DNA of 64,000 bases from an uncultured Chloroflexia bacterium (GTDB lineage: Bacteria > Chloroflexota > Limnocylindria > Limnocylindrales > CSP1-4): contig CAWGCS010000001.1 of NCBI GenBank assembly GCA_963821235.1, positions 46,804-110,803 on the forward strand, read 5' to 3'. Positions 18,010-27,841 of this stretch are shown piece after piece. The translations under genes were made by a program, and so were the position numbers. A model generated the notes under the pieces. It saw only the letters and a list, made by a program, of their open reading frames with translations, was not told the origin of the DNA and did not search any database. The number at the start of each line of letters is the position of its first letter. Within the stretch, counting starts at the first letter, position 1.

Positions 18010-18567
18010 CTACCCGCGCGGGAGCGGCACTTCCGTCCCGACGGTCGCGACGGCGGCGGCGACGTCGGCCGTCCGCCGGTCGGGCGAGGAGTCGGGCGAC
18101 CAGGGGAAGAAGACCACCGTCGCCCCCACCTGGCGGATGACGAGGCGGACGTCGGGCGGGTACTGGACCCGTCCCGGGCCGCTCGTGGCGAAGGCCGCCA
18201 GCTCCGTGGCGGCCGTCGCCGCGGCCGCCACGTCGGGCAGCTCGTAGACGACGATCAGGCCGCCCGCCGGATCGTCGGGGAGGACGGCCCGGTAGGCCGT
18301 CCGCGGCACCGTCGCGAGCGTCGGGGGCTCGCCGGGCCGGACCGCGAGCTCGGTCGCCTCGAGGACCAGGCCGCGGGCCCGGAGCGCGCCCTCGAGCTGG
18401 ACCCCGGTCGCGGCGACGGCCGGCGAGATCGTCGGCCGGGCCGTGACATCCGGCACCGGCGAAGGGGTCGCAGCGGGGCCGCAGCCGGCCAGCGCCGACG
18501 CGACGAGCACGGCGATGGCGACGAGGAGGAAGCGGCGACGGCGAGCCGGCGGGGCGGTCAACCTCAT
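18010..18567 (-). CDS. putative lipoprotein
   Basis: The C-terminal 185 aa of ORF 18010..19119 begin MRLTAPPARRRRFLLVAIAVLVASALAGC, a canonical lipobox (LAGC). The ATG overlaps the HIT gene stop. Confidence 0.6.
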   Translation of the reverse strand: MRLTAPPARRRRFLLVAIAVLVASALAGCGPAATPSPVPDVTARPTISPAVAATGVQLEGALRARGLVLEATELAVRPGEPPTLATVPRTAYRAVLPDDPAGGLIVVYELPDVAAAATAATELAAFATSGPGRVQYPPDVRLVIRQVGATVVFFPWSPDSSPDRRTADVAAAVATVGTEVPLPRG

Positions 18568-18911
18568 CCGGGCGGCCAGCCGAACGCCCGCCCGCCCATG
18601 AGGTGGAGGTGGAGGTGCGGGACGGACTGGCCGCCCCACGTCCCGACGTTCGTGGTGAGGCGGTAGCCGTTCGCCTCGATCCCCTCCGCCCGGGCGATCC
18701 GCGCCGCCACGGCGAACAGGCGGCCAAGGAGGGGAGCGTGGGCCTCCGTCAGGTCCGCCGCCGACGCGATGTGCTCCCGGGACAGGAGGAGGACGTGGGT
18801 AGGCGCCCGCGGGGCGACGTCGCGGATCGCAATGACGAGGTCGTCCTCGTGGACCATCGTGGCCGGGACCTGGCCGGCGACGATGCGGCAGAAGAGGCAG
18901 TCGGCGCTCAT
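18564..18911 (-). CDS. HIT-family (histidine triad) hydrolase
   Basis: HxHxHxx motif VPHLHLHLMGG, 115 aa. Confidence 0.8.
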   Translation of the reverse strand: MSADCLFCRIVAGQVPATMVHEDDLVIAIRDVAPRAPTHVLLLSREHIASAADLTEAHAPLLGRLFAVAARIARAEGIEANGYRLTTNVGTWGGQSVPHLHLHLMGGRAFGWPPG

Positions 18912-18920
18912 GCGGTGCTC

Positions 18921-20471
18921 CTATGGCCAGGCTGCGACGGCCGGCGCGCCCTCCTCGTCGCCCGGCCGGGCGACGAGGCATTCGACGCGTCCGATCACGC
19001 GCTCGGGATCGAGCGGGTCGATCCTCTCGACGTCGACAATGGCGATCTCGCCGTCGAGGGGCCGGCCCGCTGGCGCCGGCGCCACGACGATCGCATTGTC
19101 CTCTGCGTGGCCGACCCATCGCGTCCGCGCGAGGGATCCGGCGCCGGCCGCGCCGGCGTCGACCGGCTCCTCGAAGAGGACCGTCCGCCGCCCGCCCACC
19201 ACCTGCCGGGAGAACCGCTGGCGCGCGGCGGCCGCCTCCGCGAGCAGGCGGGCGGCTCGCTCCCGGCGGTCCGCCTCGGCCACCTGCCCGGTCATCCGGG
19301 TCGCGGGCGTCCCCGGCCGGGCCGAGTAGCGGAAGACGTGGAGGCCGGCCGGCTCGAGCGAGCGGATGAAGGCGAGCGAGCGTTCGAAGGCCGGCGCGTC
19401 CTCCGCGGGGAAGCCGGCGATGACGTCGGCGTGGATGGCGGCGCCCGGCAGGGCGGCCCGCACCCGCTCCACGACGCGCCCGTAGTCCGCCGCGGAGTAG
19501 CGCCGGCCCATCCGCCGCAGCACGCCGTCGTCGCCCGACTGGAGCGGCAGGTGGAAGTGTGGCAGGCAGCGACCGGCACCCTCGACCGTCCAGGCCGCCA
19601 GCAGGTCGTCGTCGACATGCTGCGGCTCGATGGAGGAGAGCCGGATCCGCTCGACCGTCGTCTCGGCCAGGATCCGCCGCACCAGCCCGGCCAGGGTCAG
19701 GGCCGAGCGGACGTGGGCGCCCCGGGAGCCCCGCTCCGACCAGCCGCCGTCGTACGTCCCGACGTTGATCCCGGTCAGGACGATCTCGCGATGACCGGCC
19801 GCCAGGGCTCGGCGCACGTCGGCCAGCACGGCCTCCGGGTCGACGGAGCGCGCGGCTCCGCGGGCCCGCGGGATGATGCAGTAGGTGCAGTGGAAGCTGC
19901 AGCCGTCCTGCACCTTCACGTAGGCCCGTGCCCGATCGATCCGAGCCCGGCCGTCCGCGATCCCCTCGATCTCGACCCCGGCGAGCGTCGGCAGGGCACC
20001 GTCGAGGGGCCCGCGTCCCGGACCGTCCTGGCGCGGCGGGCCGCCGACAGAGGCCCGGCCGTCCGTGGGGCGGGCGTCCCCGAGGAGCCGCTCCACCACG
20101 GCGAGGAGGCCGTCCTTCTCCTCGTTGCCCAGAAGGTGGGCGGCGGGATCCACGGCGGCGAAGGCCGCCCGTCCCACGGCCACGGAGCAGCCGGTCGCCA
20201 CGAGCGTCGCCTCCGGGCTGGCCCGGCGAGCACGCCGGACCGCCTTGCGGGACTTGTCGTCGGCGACGGCCGTCACGGTGCAGGTGTTGACGAGGTGGAG
20301 GTCCGCGGCGGCGCCGTCGGCGACGACCTCGATCCCCCGCGCCCGGAAGAGCCGCTCTATGGCGTCCATCTCGGCCTGGTTCACTCTGCAGCCGAGGTTC
20401 GTGATCGCCGCGCGCCGGACCTGGCGGCCGGCCCGGCCGGCGGTGGCCACCCCGCCCGCGGTCCCGCTCAC
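18921..20471 (-). CDS. mtaB: MiaB/RimO-family radical-SAM methylthiotransferase, MtaB-like
   Basis: UPF0004 N-terminal domain (NLGCRVNQ), radical SAM CxxxCxxC (CSFHCTYC) and a C-terminal TRAM-like region. Position next to prmA and dnaJ matches yqeV. Confidence 0.8.
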   Translation of the reverse strand: MSGTAGGVATAGRAGRQVRRAAITNLGCRVNQAEMDAIERLFRARGIEVVADGAAADLHLVNTCTVTAVADDKSRKAVRRARRASPEATLVATGCSVAVGRAAFAAVDPAAHLLGNEEKDGLLAVVERLLGDARPTDGRASVGGPPRQDGPGRGPLDGALPTLAGVEIEGIADGRARIDRARAYVKVQDGCSFHCTYCIIPRARGAARSVDPEAVLADVRRALAAGHREIVLTGINVGTYDGGWSERGSRGAHVRSALTLAGLVRRILAETTVERIRLSSIEPQHVDDDLLAAWTVEGAGRCLPHFHLPLQSGDDGVLRRMGRRYSAADYGRVVERVRAALPGAAIHADVIAGFPAEDAPAFERSLAFIRSLEPAGLHVFRYSARPGTPATRMTGQVAEADRRERAARLLAEAAAARQRFSRQVVGGRRTVLFEEPVDAGAAGAGSLARTRWVGHAEDNAIVVAPAPAGRPLDGEIAIVDVERIDPLDPERVIGRVECLVARPGDEEGAPAVAAWP

Positions 20472-20475
20472 GGGG

Positions 20476-20964
20476 TCACCAGAGCGCCGGCTTCGCCGAC
20501 ATGAGGAAGGCGATGAGCCCGACCGCCGTCGTGATCGCGTAGGCGATGTAGCGCTGGTGGCGGGCCCTGGCCCGCCAGCTCTCGCGATCGGCGTCGCTGG
20601 CGATCCCCTCGCGCGCCTGCAGGCGGCGCAGGCCCGGCCGCTGGACCGCGAAGGCCACGATCGCCGTGGCGGCGTACGTCGCGAGGCTGACCACGAGCCA
20701 TGGCTGCTCGAGGAGCCGGGGCCCCAGGACGGCGAGCATCGCGATCCCGGTCAGGGCGAGCCCGGCCCCGATGGCAGCAGTGCCCCGCGCCTGGAGGAGC
20801 TGGAGGAGCCGGACGAGCCGCCCCGGCGGGCCGACGGCGACCCCTCGCTCCACGGAGCGGTTCCGCAGGGTGAAGGGCAGGAGCAGGCTCGGCACGAAGA
20901 GGGAGATCGCCAGGGCCACGTGGACGGCGAGGATTCCGGGGAAGAGCGAGGACAGGCTGGGCAT
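20476..20964 (-). CDS. integral membrane protein (4 TM), unknown function
   Basis: The C-terminal 162 aa of ORF 20476..21579 are hydrophobic. The ATG at 20964 was confirmed in the DNA. It occupies the slot where rsmE (yqeU) sits in Firmicutes. Confidence 0.55.
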   Translation of the reverse strand: MPSLSSLFPGILAVHVALAISLFVPSLLLPFTLRNRSVERGVAVGPPGRLVRLLQLLQARGTAAIGAGLALTGIAMLAVLGPRLLEQPWLVVSLATYAATAIVAFAVQRPGLRRLQAREGIASDADRESWRARARHQRYIAYAITTAVGLIAFLMSAKPALW

Positions 20965-20978
20965 GGCTGCGACCGATG

Positions 20979-21986
20979 CTAGCGCAGGCCCCCGGATCGC
21001 GGCACCTGCCCCGAGCGCTCGGCCTCCAGGGCGACCCAGTCGCCCTCGCCTGAGCGGCCGACGATCTCCAGGCCGGCGGCCTCGAGGGCGGCCCGGACGT
21101 CCGCCTCCCGGTCGACGAAGATGCCGGACGCCAGCAGGCGGCCGCCCTGGCGCAGCTCGGACGCCAGGTCGGCGGCCAGCGCGACCAGCAGCGAGGCAAT
21201 GAGGTTCGCGGCGACGAGGTCGAACGGCCCGGCGCCCGACGGGAGGGAGCCCTGCCAGGCGCGGAGCCGGCGGGCCACCCGGTTGCGGCGGGCGTTGGCG
21301 AGGGTGGCCTCGACCGCGATCGGATCGGTGTCCACGCCGACGAGCTCGCCGGCCCCGAGGAGGCCGGCGGCGATGGCCAGGATTCCCGATCCGCAGCCGA
21401 CGTCGAGGAGCCGTGCGGCGCCCCCGCGTCCCCGGCCGCGCGCCAGGCGCCCGTCGTCGGCCCAGCGCTCGATGCCGGCCAGGCAGAGCCGCGTCGTCGG
21501 GTGGAGCCCGGTCCCGAAGGCCATGCCGGGATCCATGGCGATCACCGTGTCGCCGGGGAGGCGACGGTGGCGCCGCCACGTCGGGCGGATCACGATCCCC
21601 CGCCCGACGCGCATGACGCCCACGTGGCGCTTCCAGGCCGACGCCCAGTCGGACTCGTGGATGGCCTGCGTCCGCAGCTCGCCGATCTCGCGCAGCCCGA
21701 AGGCCTGGAGGTGGCCGAGCGCCGCGTCCACCGCCGCCGTGGCACGCCGGGCGGCGGACGCGTCGCGGGCCGGCAGATAGGCCCGCACGGTCGCCGGCGC
21801 CGCCGGATCGACGGCCGCGCCGAGCCCCTCGTCGACGAGGGAGAAGGCGGGCTCGACGCTGACGCCCCCGGGCGCGACCCGGGAGAAGATCTCGGTGACC
21901 GCCTCGACCGCCTCGGGGTCGCAGGTGACGGCCAGCTCGAGCCAGGTGTCGTCCGGCACGAGCCCGTCGTCGGCGGGGCTGGTCAC
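20979..21986 (-). CDS. prmA: ribosomal protein L11 methyltransferase
   Basis: SAM-binding motif LDVGCGSGILAIAA. 335 aa. Confidence 0.85.
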   Translation of the reverse strand: MTSPADDGLVPDDTWLELAVTCDPEAVEAVTEIFSRVAPGGVSVEPAFSLVDEGLGAAVDPAAPATVRAYLPARDASAARRATAAVDAALGHLQAFGLREIGELRTQAIHESDWASAWKRHVGVMRVGRGIVIRPTWRRHRRLPGDTVIAMDPGMAFGTGLHPTTRLCLAGIERWADDGRLARGRGRGGAARLLDVGCGSGILAIAAGLLGAGELVGVDTDPIAVEATLANARRNRVARRLRAWQGSLPSGAGPFDLVAANLIASLLVALAADLASELRQGGRLLASGIFVDREADVRAALEAAGLEIVGRSGEGDWVALEAERSGQVPRSGGLR

Positions 21987-22028
21987 GCGGCGGCGCCGCT
22001 CATGCCGCCGGAGCGGAGCCGGCGCGCC

Positions 22029-23159
22029 TCATCCCAGGGCGTCCTTGATGCGGTCGAGGACGCCGGCCTTGCCGGTGCCCACGTTCGTCTCGCCCGACGC
22101 TGCGGCGTATGCCTCGAGGGCTTCGCGCTGCTCGCGGGAGAGCTTCGTGGGGATCCGCACGTCGACGAGGACGTGGAGGTCGCCCCGGGCGCCCGCACGA
22201 CGGAGGTTCGGCGCGCCGCGCCCGCGCAGGCGGATCTCGGTTCCCGGCTGGGTGCCGGGCTTGACCTCGAGGTCCTCCTCGCCGTCGGCGGTGGGAACCC
22301 TGACCGTCGTCCCCAGGGTCGCCTGGGCGATCGAGAGCTCCAGCTCGTGGAACAGCTCCGTGCCCTCGCGGCGCAGCTGCGGATGGGCGGCCACGTGGAT
22401 CGCCACGTAGAGGCTGCCCGGCGGGCCGCCCCGGGGGCCCGCCTCCCCCTCGGCGGAGAGGCGGATCTGGTGGCCGTCGTCGATCCCGGCCGGGACGGAG
22501 ACGCGAAGTCGCTTGGTCCGCTCGCGGCGCCCCTCGCCGTGACAGTCCGCGCAGGGCGACTCGACGACCTTGCCCTCGCCGCGGCAGCGCGGGCAGGTCA
22601 CCACGTTGACCATCTGGCCGAGCATCGTCTGGCGGGCATGGCGGATCTCGCCGCGGCCGCCGCACTGGGGGCAGGCCTGGGACGAGGTGCCGGCCTTCGC
22701 ACCGGAGCCGGCGCAGGTCGGGCAGCGGTCGAGGACCGGGAACTCGATTTCCTTCTCCGTCCCCCGGATGGACTCCTCGAAGGTGACCCGGAGGTCGTAG
22801 CGGAGGTCGGACCCGACCGCTGGACGGCCGCGGCGGACGCCGCCGCCGGCGCTCCCCCCGAAGAACGCGTCGAAGAGGTCGGAGAAGGCGCCGAAGCCGG
22901 GTTGGGCGCCGGCGTCGAAGCCGCCCCCGCCGCCGGCCACGCCGGCGCGCCCGAACATGTCGTAGGCCTGCCGGCGCTGGGGATCGGAGAGGACCTGGTA
23001 GGCCTCGTTGATCTCCTTGAAGCGCTCGTCGGCGGCGGGGTCCCGGCTGACGTCGGGGTGCCACTGCTGGGCGAGCTTGCGGAAGGACTTCTTGATCTCT
23101 CCGTCGGTGGCGCCGCGTTCGACGCCCAGGATGTCGTAGTAGTCGCGCTGCGTCGTCAT
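22029..23159 (-). CDS. dnaJ: molecular chaperone DnaJ
   Basis: J-domain with HPD, a G/F-rich region, four CxxCxGxG zinc-finger repeats and a C-terminal domain. Confidence 0.9.
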   Translation of the reverse strand: MTTQRDYYDILGVERGATDGEIKKSFRKLAQQWHPDVSRDPAADERFKEINEAYQVLSDPQRRQAYDMFGRAGVAGGGGGFDAGAQPGFGAFSDLFDAFFGGSAGGGVRRGRPAVGSDLRYDLRVTFEESIRGTEKEIEFPVLDRCPTCAGSGAKAGTSSQACPQCGGRGEIRHARQTMLGQMVNVVTCPRCRGEGKVVESPCADCHGEGRRERTKRLRVSVPAGIDDGHQIRLSAEGEAGPRGGPPGSLYVAIHVAAHPQLRREGTELFHELELSIAQATLGTTVRVPTADGEEDLEVKPGTQPGTEIRLRGRGAPNLRRAGARGDLHVLVDVRIPTKLSREQREALEAYAAASGETNVGTGKAGVLDRIKDALG

Positions 23160-23331
23160 CTGCGACGCGAAGTCTACGGGGAGCGGGCCGGACGGTCAGA
23201 GCGGGTCGCTCGGCACTCGACGAGAGGCCGCCGGCGGCGCGGCCGACGTCGCGATCGGCGGCGGATCGCACGATCGCGCTGCCCGTCGCATCAGGCGCCG
23301 CCGACGGGCGGGCCGGGCGAGGCTGTTCAGA

Positions 23332-24153
23332 CTAGGCCTCGAACGCCCCCTCGTGGGCTTCGGTCGCCATCGCGGCGCCGATGATGCCCGACGTGTTGAG
23401 GAAGGTGGCCGTCACGATCGGCGCCCGCGAGACCAGCCACTTCGAGTACTTGGCGTACTCCTTGCTGACGCCGCCGCCGAGGATGATCAGGTCCGGCCAG
23501 AACCAGGCCTCCAGGAGCCCCATGAACTCGCTGAACTCGCGGGCCCAGCGCCGCCAGCCGATCTTGCGCCGCTCGCGGGCGGCACCGGAGACCCACGTCT
23601 CGGCGTCCTTGCGGCGGAAGGTCACGTGCCCGAACTCGGTCGAGTCGAGGAGCCTCCCGTCCACCAGCAGGGCGCTCCCGATCCCGGTCCCGATCGTGAG
23701 CAGGAGGACCGTCCCCGGCACGCCCTTGGCGGCCCCGAAGGCGACCTCGGCCAGCCCGGCGGCGTCGGCGTCGTTGATGAGGCAGACGGGCCGCCCCAGG
23801 CGCGCCTCCAGGGCGTCCTGTGCCGGGTAGTCGATCCACGACTTGGCGATGTTGGCGGCCGTCAGCAGCCGCCCCGACTTCACGACGCCCGGCAGGCCGG
23901 TCCCAGCCGGCATGCCCGCGGTCACGTGGCCATCGGCCACGAGGCGATCGACGAGCCGGCCGGCGACCTCGATGACGGCCTCCGGCGTCGACGGCTGGGG
24001 CGTCCGCTCGCGGATCCGCGGCGAGACCAGCTCCCCCGTGGCGAGGTCGGCGACGGCGGCCTTGACGCCGGTCCCGCCGATGTCGATGCCGATCGCACGG
24101 CGGTGCTCGGCGGGGGTGGGCCCGGAGGCCGGCTGCTCGGACGGCGTGCTCAT
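23332..24153 (-). CDS. ppgK: ROK-family polyphosphate/ATP glucokinase
   Basis: IGIDIGGTGVK N-terminus and ROK signature. 273 aa. Confidence 0.8.
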   Translation of the reverse strand: MSTPSEQPASGPTPAEHRRAIGIDIGGTGVKAAVADLATGELVSPRIRERTPQPSTPEAVIEVAGRLVDRLVADGHVTAGMPAGTGLPGVVKSGRLLTAANIAKSWIDYPAQDALEARLGRPVCLINDADAAGLAEVAFGAAKGVPGTVLLLTIGTGIGSALLVDGRLLDSTEFGHVTFRRKDAETWVSGAARERRKIGWRRWAREFSEFMGLLEAWFWPDLIILGGGVSKEYAKYSKWLVSRAPIVTATFLNTSGIIGAAMATEAHEGAFEA

Positions 24154-24196
24154 GGGCGCAGGATAGCGCGGCCACCCGCTCCGCCGAGGGGTGGCG

Positions 24197-24997
24197 CTAC
24201 TTCAGCAGGAGCTTCTCCAGGCGGCGCGAGGTGATCGCCAGCCCGACGAGGCCCATGGCCGCCAGGTACGCCACGTGGACGAGGAGCCCCGGTCCCACCG
24301 CGCCGGTCGTCAGGCCCCGGATCAGGTCCACGCCGTGGTAGAGCGGCGTGAGCTCGACGAGGAGGCGGATCGGCTCCGGATAGGTCGTGATCGGGTAGAA
24401 GGTGGCGGAGAAGAGGAAGAGCGGCAGGATCACGAGCTGGACCATGTCGAAGTCCTGCCACGTCCGCATGAACGACGTGGCGGCCATGCCGACGGCCCCG
24501 AAGGCGAAGCCGACGAGGAGGGCGGCCGGGAAGGCCAGGACGGCCCACGGCGACAGGACCATCCCCAGGGCGATCATCACGACGAGGAAGGCGGCCGCAT
24601 AGATGCCGCCGCGGATGAGGGCCCAGCCGATCTCGCCGAGGGCGACGTCCCCCACTCCGACGGGGGTCGAAAGAATGGCGTCGTATGTCTTGGCGTAGTT
24701 GAGCTTGAAGAAGACGTTGAAGGTCGAGTCGTAGATCGCCCCGTTCATGGCCGAGCTGGCCAGCAGGGCCGGGGCCACGAACGCCGTGTAGGGGATCTCT
24801 CGGCCGTCGACGACGACGCCGCCGACCAGGGCGCCGATCCCCAGGCCGATCGAGAGCAGGTAGAAGAGCGGCTCGAAGAACCCGGACACGATGACCAGCC
24901 AGCCGCGGCGGTAGACGAGGAGGTTCCGCTCGATCAGGAGGCCGGCCCGCCGTCCCCCGAAGAGGACAGGCGGAGCGACGCGGGCGAGGAGGGTCAC
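24197..24997 (-). CDS. ABC-2 family transporter permease
   Basis: Six TM segments with the ABC-2 signature region. GTG start 10 nt after the upstream permease stop, so I set the start here rather than at the listed, overlapping 25051. Confidence 0.75.
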   Translation of the reverse strand: MTLLARVAPPVLFGGRRAGLLIERNLLVYRRGWLVIVSGFFEPLFYLLSIGLGIGALVGGVVVDGREIPYTAFVAPALLASSAMNGAIYDSTFNVFFKLNYAKTYDAILSTPVGVGDVALGEIGWALIRGGIYAAAFLVVMIALGMVLSPWAVLAFPAALLVGFAFGAVGMAATSFMRTWQDFDMVQLVILPLFLFSATFYPITTYPEPIRLLVELTPLYHGVDLIRGLTTGAVGPGLLVHVAYLAAMGLVGLAITSRRLEKLLLK

Positions 24998-25007
24998 CGG
25001 GGCGGCC

Positions 25008-25820
25008 TCAGGTGACCAGCCGGCGGGGGAAGGTGACGAAGGCGGCGGCAATGCCGAGCACCGTCATCGTCCCGAGGTAGCCGAGGTGGACCACGGTCAG
25101 CAGCGGCTCGGCCGTCCCGAGGGCGAGGGAGCGGCAGAGGTCCACCCCGTGCCAGAGCGGCGTGACGTAGGCCAGCGGCTGGAGGATCGCCGGCAGCTGC
25201 TCGATCGGGAAGAAGGTCCCCGAGAAGAGGAAGAGCGGGATCACCCCGAAGCGGAAGAGGCTGTTGAAGGCGTTGGCGTCCTTCTGGGTCGCCGAGAAGG
25301 CGGCGATCGGGGCGGCGAAGGCAAGCCCCGTGAGGACCGCGGCCGGGACGGCGAGGATGGCGCCCGGACGGGTCACCGCCCCGAACAGGACCGTGACGAG
25401 GAAGAAGACGCCGATGACGAGGACGAGCCGCAGCCCGATGTAGGTCAGCTTGCCCACCACCACGTCGCGGGGGCTGATCGGGGTCGCGATCATCCCGTGG
25501 AAGCTCTTGACCCAGACGATGCCGGCCATCACCGGGAAGGTCGCCTCGCCGGCGGCGGTCTGCATCGCGGTCGAGGCGAGGAGCCCGGGGGCGAGGAAGG
25601 CGAGGTACGAGACGCCGGCCAGCGCGGCGCCCCCCGATGCGCCGCCCCCGCCCGCGCCCGCCGCGCCGGCTGCGTTCGCGTCGACGAGGCTGCCCAGCCC
25701 GACGCCCATGGCGGCCAGGAAGAGGACCGGCGAGAGGAACGAGCTGAAGAGGCTCCCCCGCCAGACCCGCCGGTAGACGACGAGCTCATGCTCCAGGACG
25801 CGCGCCGCGGCAGCCGCCAT
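25008..25820 (-). CDS. ABC-2 family transporter permease
   Basis: 270 aa with 6 TM segments. Paralog of the neighbouring permease. Confidence 0.75.
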   Translation of the reverse strand: MAAAAARVLEHELVVYRRVWRGSLFSSFLSPVLFLAAMGVGLGSLVDANAAGAAGAGGGGASGGAALAGVSYLAFLAPGLLASTAMQTAAGEATFPVMAGIVWVKSFHGMIATPISPRDVVVGKLTYIGLRLVLVIGVFFLVTVLFGAVTRPGAILAVPAAVLTGLAFAAPIAAFSATQKDANAFNSLFRFGVIPLFLFSGTFFPIEQLPAILQPLAYVTPLWHGVDLCRSLALGTAEPLLTVVHLGYLGTMTVLGIAAAFVTFPRRLVT

Positions 25821-25827
25821 GCCGACC

Positions 25828-26766
25828 TCAGTCGATGAGCCGCCGGCCCGTGAGCCGGAGGAAGACGTCTTCGAGCGAGGAGCGCCGGACGAGGACCATC
25901 TCGGGACGCAGGCCCCGCTCGTGGGCGACGGCGGAGGCCGCCTCGCCGTCGGCGGCGTAGACGAGGACGCGGTCTGGCAGGCGCTCCACCCGGTCGCCCA
26001 ACCCGTCGAGCTTGCCGTCCAGCGTCTCCTGGACGCCGACCGGGAAGCGCATCTCCAGCACCTCGCGGCTGGCGTACCGCTCGATGAGCTGGCGGGGGCT
26101 CCCCTCGGCCGCGATCTTGGCGTGGTCCATGACCACGAGCCGGTCGCAGAGCTGCTCGGCCTCGTCCATGTAGTGGGTCGTCAGGACGAGGGTGACGCCC
26201 TTCTGCTTGAGGCGGTAGAGGCGGTCCCACAGGAGGTGGCGGGCCTGGGGGTCGAGCCCGGTCGTCGGCTCGTCGAGGAGCAGGAGGTCCGGCTCGTTGA
26301 CCAGGCCGCGGGCGATGGTCAGGCGCCGCTTCATGCCGCCGGAGAGCGGCTCGACCTGGTCCCGGGAGCGCTCGGTGAGCTGGACGAAGTCGAGGAGCTC
26401 GTCGACGCGCTGCCGGATGACCGAGCGCGGTAGGTCGAAGTAGCGGCCGTAGATCGACAGGTTCTCGCGGACCGTCAGCTCCATGTCCAGCGTGTCCTGC
26501 TGGGGAACGACACCCAGGCGGGCGCGGATCCGCGGACCGTCCACGGCAGGGTCCATCCCCAGGACGCGGAGCGTGCCGGAGGTGACCGGCGAGATGGCGC
26601 CGATCATCCGCATCGTGCTCGTCTTGCCGGCCCCGTTCGGCCCCAGGAAGCCGAACGATTCGCCGGGCGCGACGTCGAAGTCGATGGCGTCGACGGCTGT
26701 GAAGCCGCCGAACCTCTTCGTCAGGGCGCGCGCGTGGATGAGGGGTGGGGTCGAGGAAGCCGACAT
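25828..26766 (-). CDS. ABC transporter ATP-binding protein (DrrA/NodI-like)
   Basis: Walker A GPNGAGKT, signature LSGGMKRRL, Walker B LLLLDEPT. A C-terminal extension of about 90 aa. Confidence 0.85.
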   Translation of the reverse strand: MSASSTPPLIHARALTKRFGGFTAVDAIDFDVAPGESFGFLGPNGAGKTSTMRMIGAISPVTSGTLRVLGMDPAVDGPRIRARLGVVPQQDTLDMELTVRENLSIYGRYFDLPRSVIRQRVDELLDFVQLTERSRDQVEPLSGGMKRRLTIARGLVNEPDLLLLDEPTTGLDPQARHLLWDRLYRLKQKGVTLVLTTHYMDEAEQLCDRLVVMDHAKIAAEGSPRQLIERYASREVLEMRFPVGVQETLDGKLDGLGDRVERLPDRVLVYAADGEAASAVAHERGLRPEMVLVRRSSLEDVFLRLTGRRLID

Positions 26767-26885
26767 GAGAACGCGGAGTGTACCCCGCTTCTCCGGGTGG
26801 CTCTACCACCCCTGCCATGGGGCCCTTGACCGGCGCGGGTGGTGGCGGGAGCCTGTCGAGTCGGAGCCGCCCTGGAGGGATGGAA

Positions 26886-27830
26886 ATGGCGCCGATCGTC
26901 GAGCTGCGGGACCTGCGCAAGTCCTTCGGCGACAACGAAGCGGTCAAGGGGATCACCTTCACCATCGACGAGGGGGAGATCTTCAGCCTCCTCGGGCCGA
27001 ACGGCGCCGGCAAGTCCACGACGATCGGGATGCTGTCCACGTTGCTGGTCCCGACCGCCGGCGACGCCACGGTCGCCGGGCACAGCATCCGCGACGACAC
27101 GATGGCCGTCCGCGCCGCGATCGGGGTCGTGCCCCAGGAGATCGCCCTCTACGAGACCCTCAGCGCGCGGGAGAACCTCCTGTTCTGGGGTCGCATGCAT
27201 GGGCTCGGCGGCGCCCACCTGCGCAGGCGCGTCGCCGCCGTCCTCGACATGATCGGCCTGTCCGATCGCGCCAAAGAGCACGTCAGCGGCTTCTCCGGCG
27301 GCATGAAGCGGCGCCTCAACATCGGCGTCGGGCTCCTCCACGAGCCACGCCTCGTGTTCATGGACGAGCCGACGGTGGGCATCGACCCGCAGAGCCGGCG
27401 CGCCATCCTCGACGCCGTGAAGGCGCTGCGGGCATCCGGCCTGACCGTCCTCTACACCACCCACTACATGGAGGAGGCGGCCGAGCTCTCCGATCGGGTC
27501 GGGATCATCGACCATGGCGAGCTCATCGCGATGGGGACCCAGGCCGAGCTGACCCGCCTCATCGGCAGCAAGGAGACCCTGCGCCTCCACCTCGGCGAGG
27601 ACGAGGACGCGGCTGCGCTCACCGCCGCCCTGGCAGCCCTGCCCGGCGTCGAGCGGGCCTCGATGGTCGACGGCGCGGTGGTGGCCATGGTCGAGGACGC
27701 CGAGACGATCATCGCCCCGGCCATCACGGCGGCGAACGCGGCCGGCGTGCGGATCCACTCGGTCGACATCGAGGAGCCGAACCTCGAGGCCGTCTTCCTC
27801 CACCTGACCGGTCGCGCCCTCCGCGACTGA
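26886..27830 (+). CDS. ABC transporter ATP-binding protein (second, divergent system)
   Basis: Walker A GPNGAGKST, signature FSGGMKRRL, Walker B VFMDEPT. Start at the second ATG (26886), with GGAGGG 7 nt upstream. Confidence 0.85.
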   Translation: MAPIVELRDLRKSFGDNEAVKGITFTIDEGEIFSLLGPNGAGKSTTIGMLSTLLVPTAGDATVAGHSIRDDTMAVRAAIGVVPQEIALYETLSARENLLFWGRMHGLGGAHLRRRVAAVLDMIGLSDRAKEHVSGFSGGMKRRLNIGVGLLHEPRLVFMDEPTVGIDPQSRRAILDAVKALRASGLTVLYTTHYMEEAAELSDRVGIIDHGELIAMGTQAELTRLIGSKETLRLHLGEDEDAAALTAALAALPGVERASMVDGAVVAMVEDAETIIAPAITAANAAGVRIHSVDIEEPNLEAVFLHLTGRALRD

Positions 27831-27841
27831 GGGACCGACGC

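Noticed and set aside
23160-23331. HAIR or CIRCE element upstream of the stand-alone dnaJ
   Set aside because: I searched the 170-bp upstream region and found no CTTGAGT-N7-ACTCAAG or TTAGCACTC-like motif.
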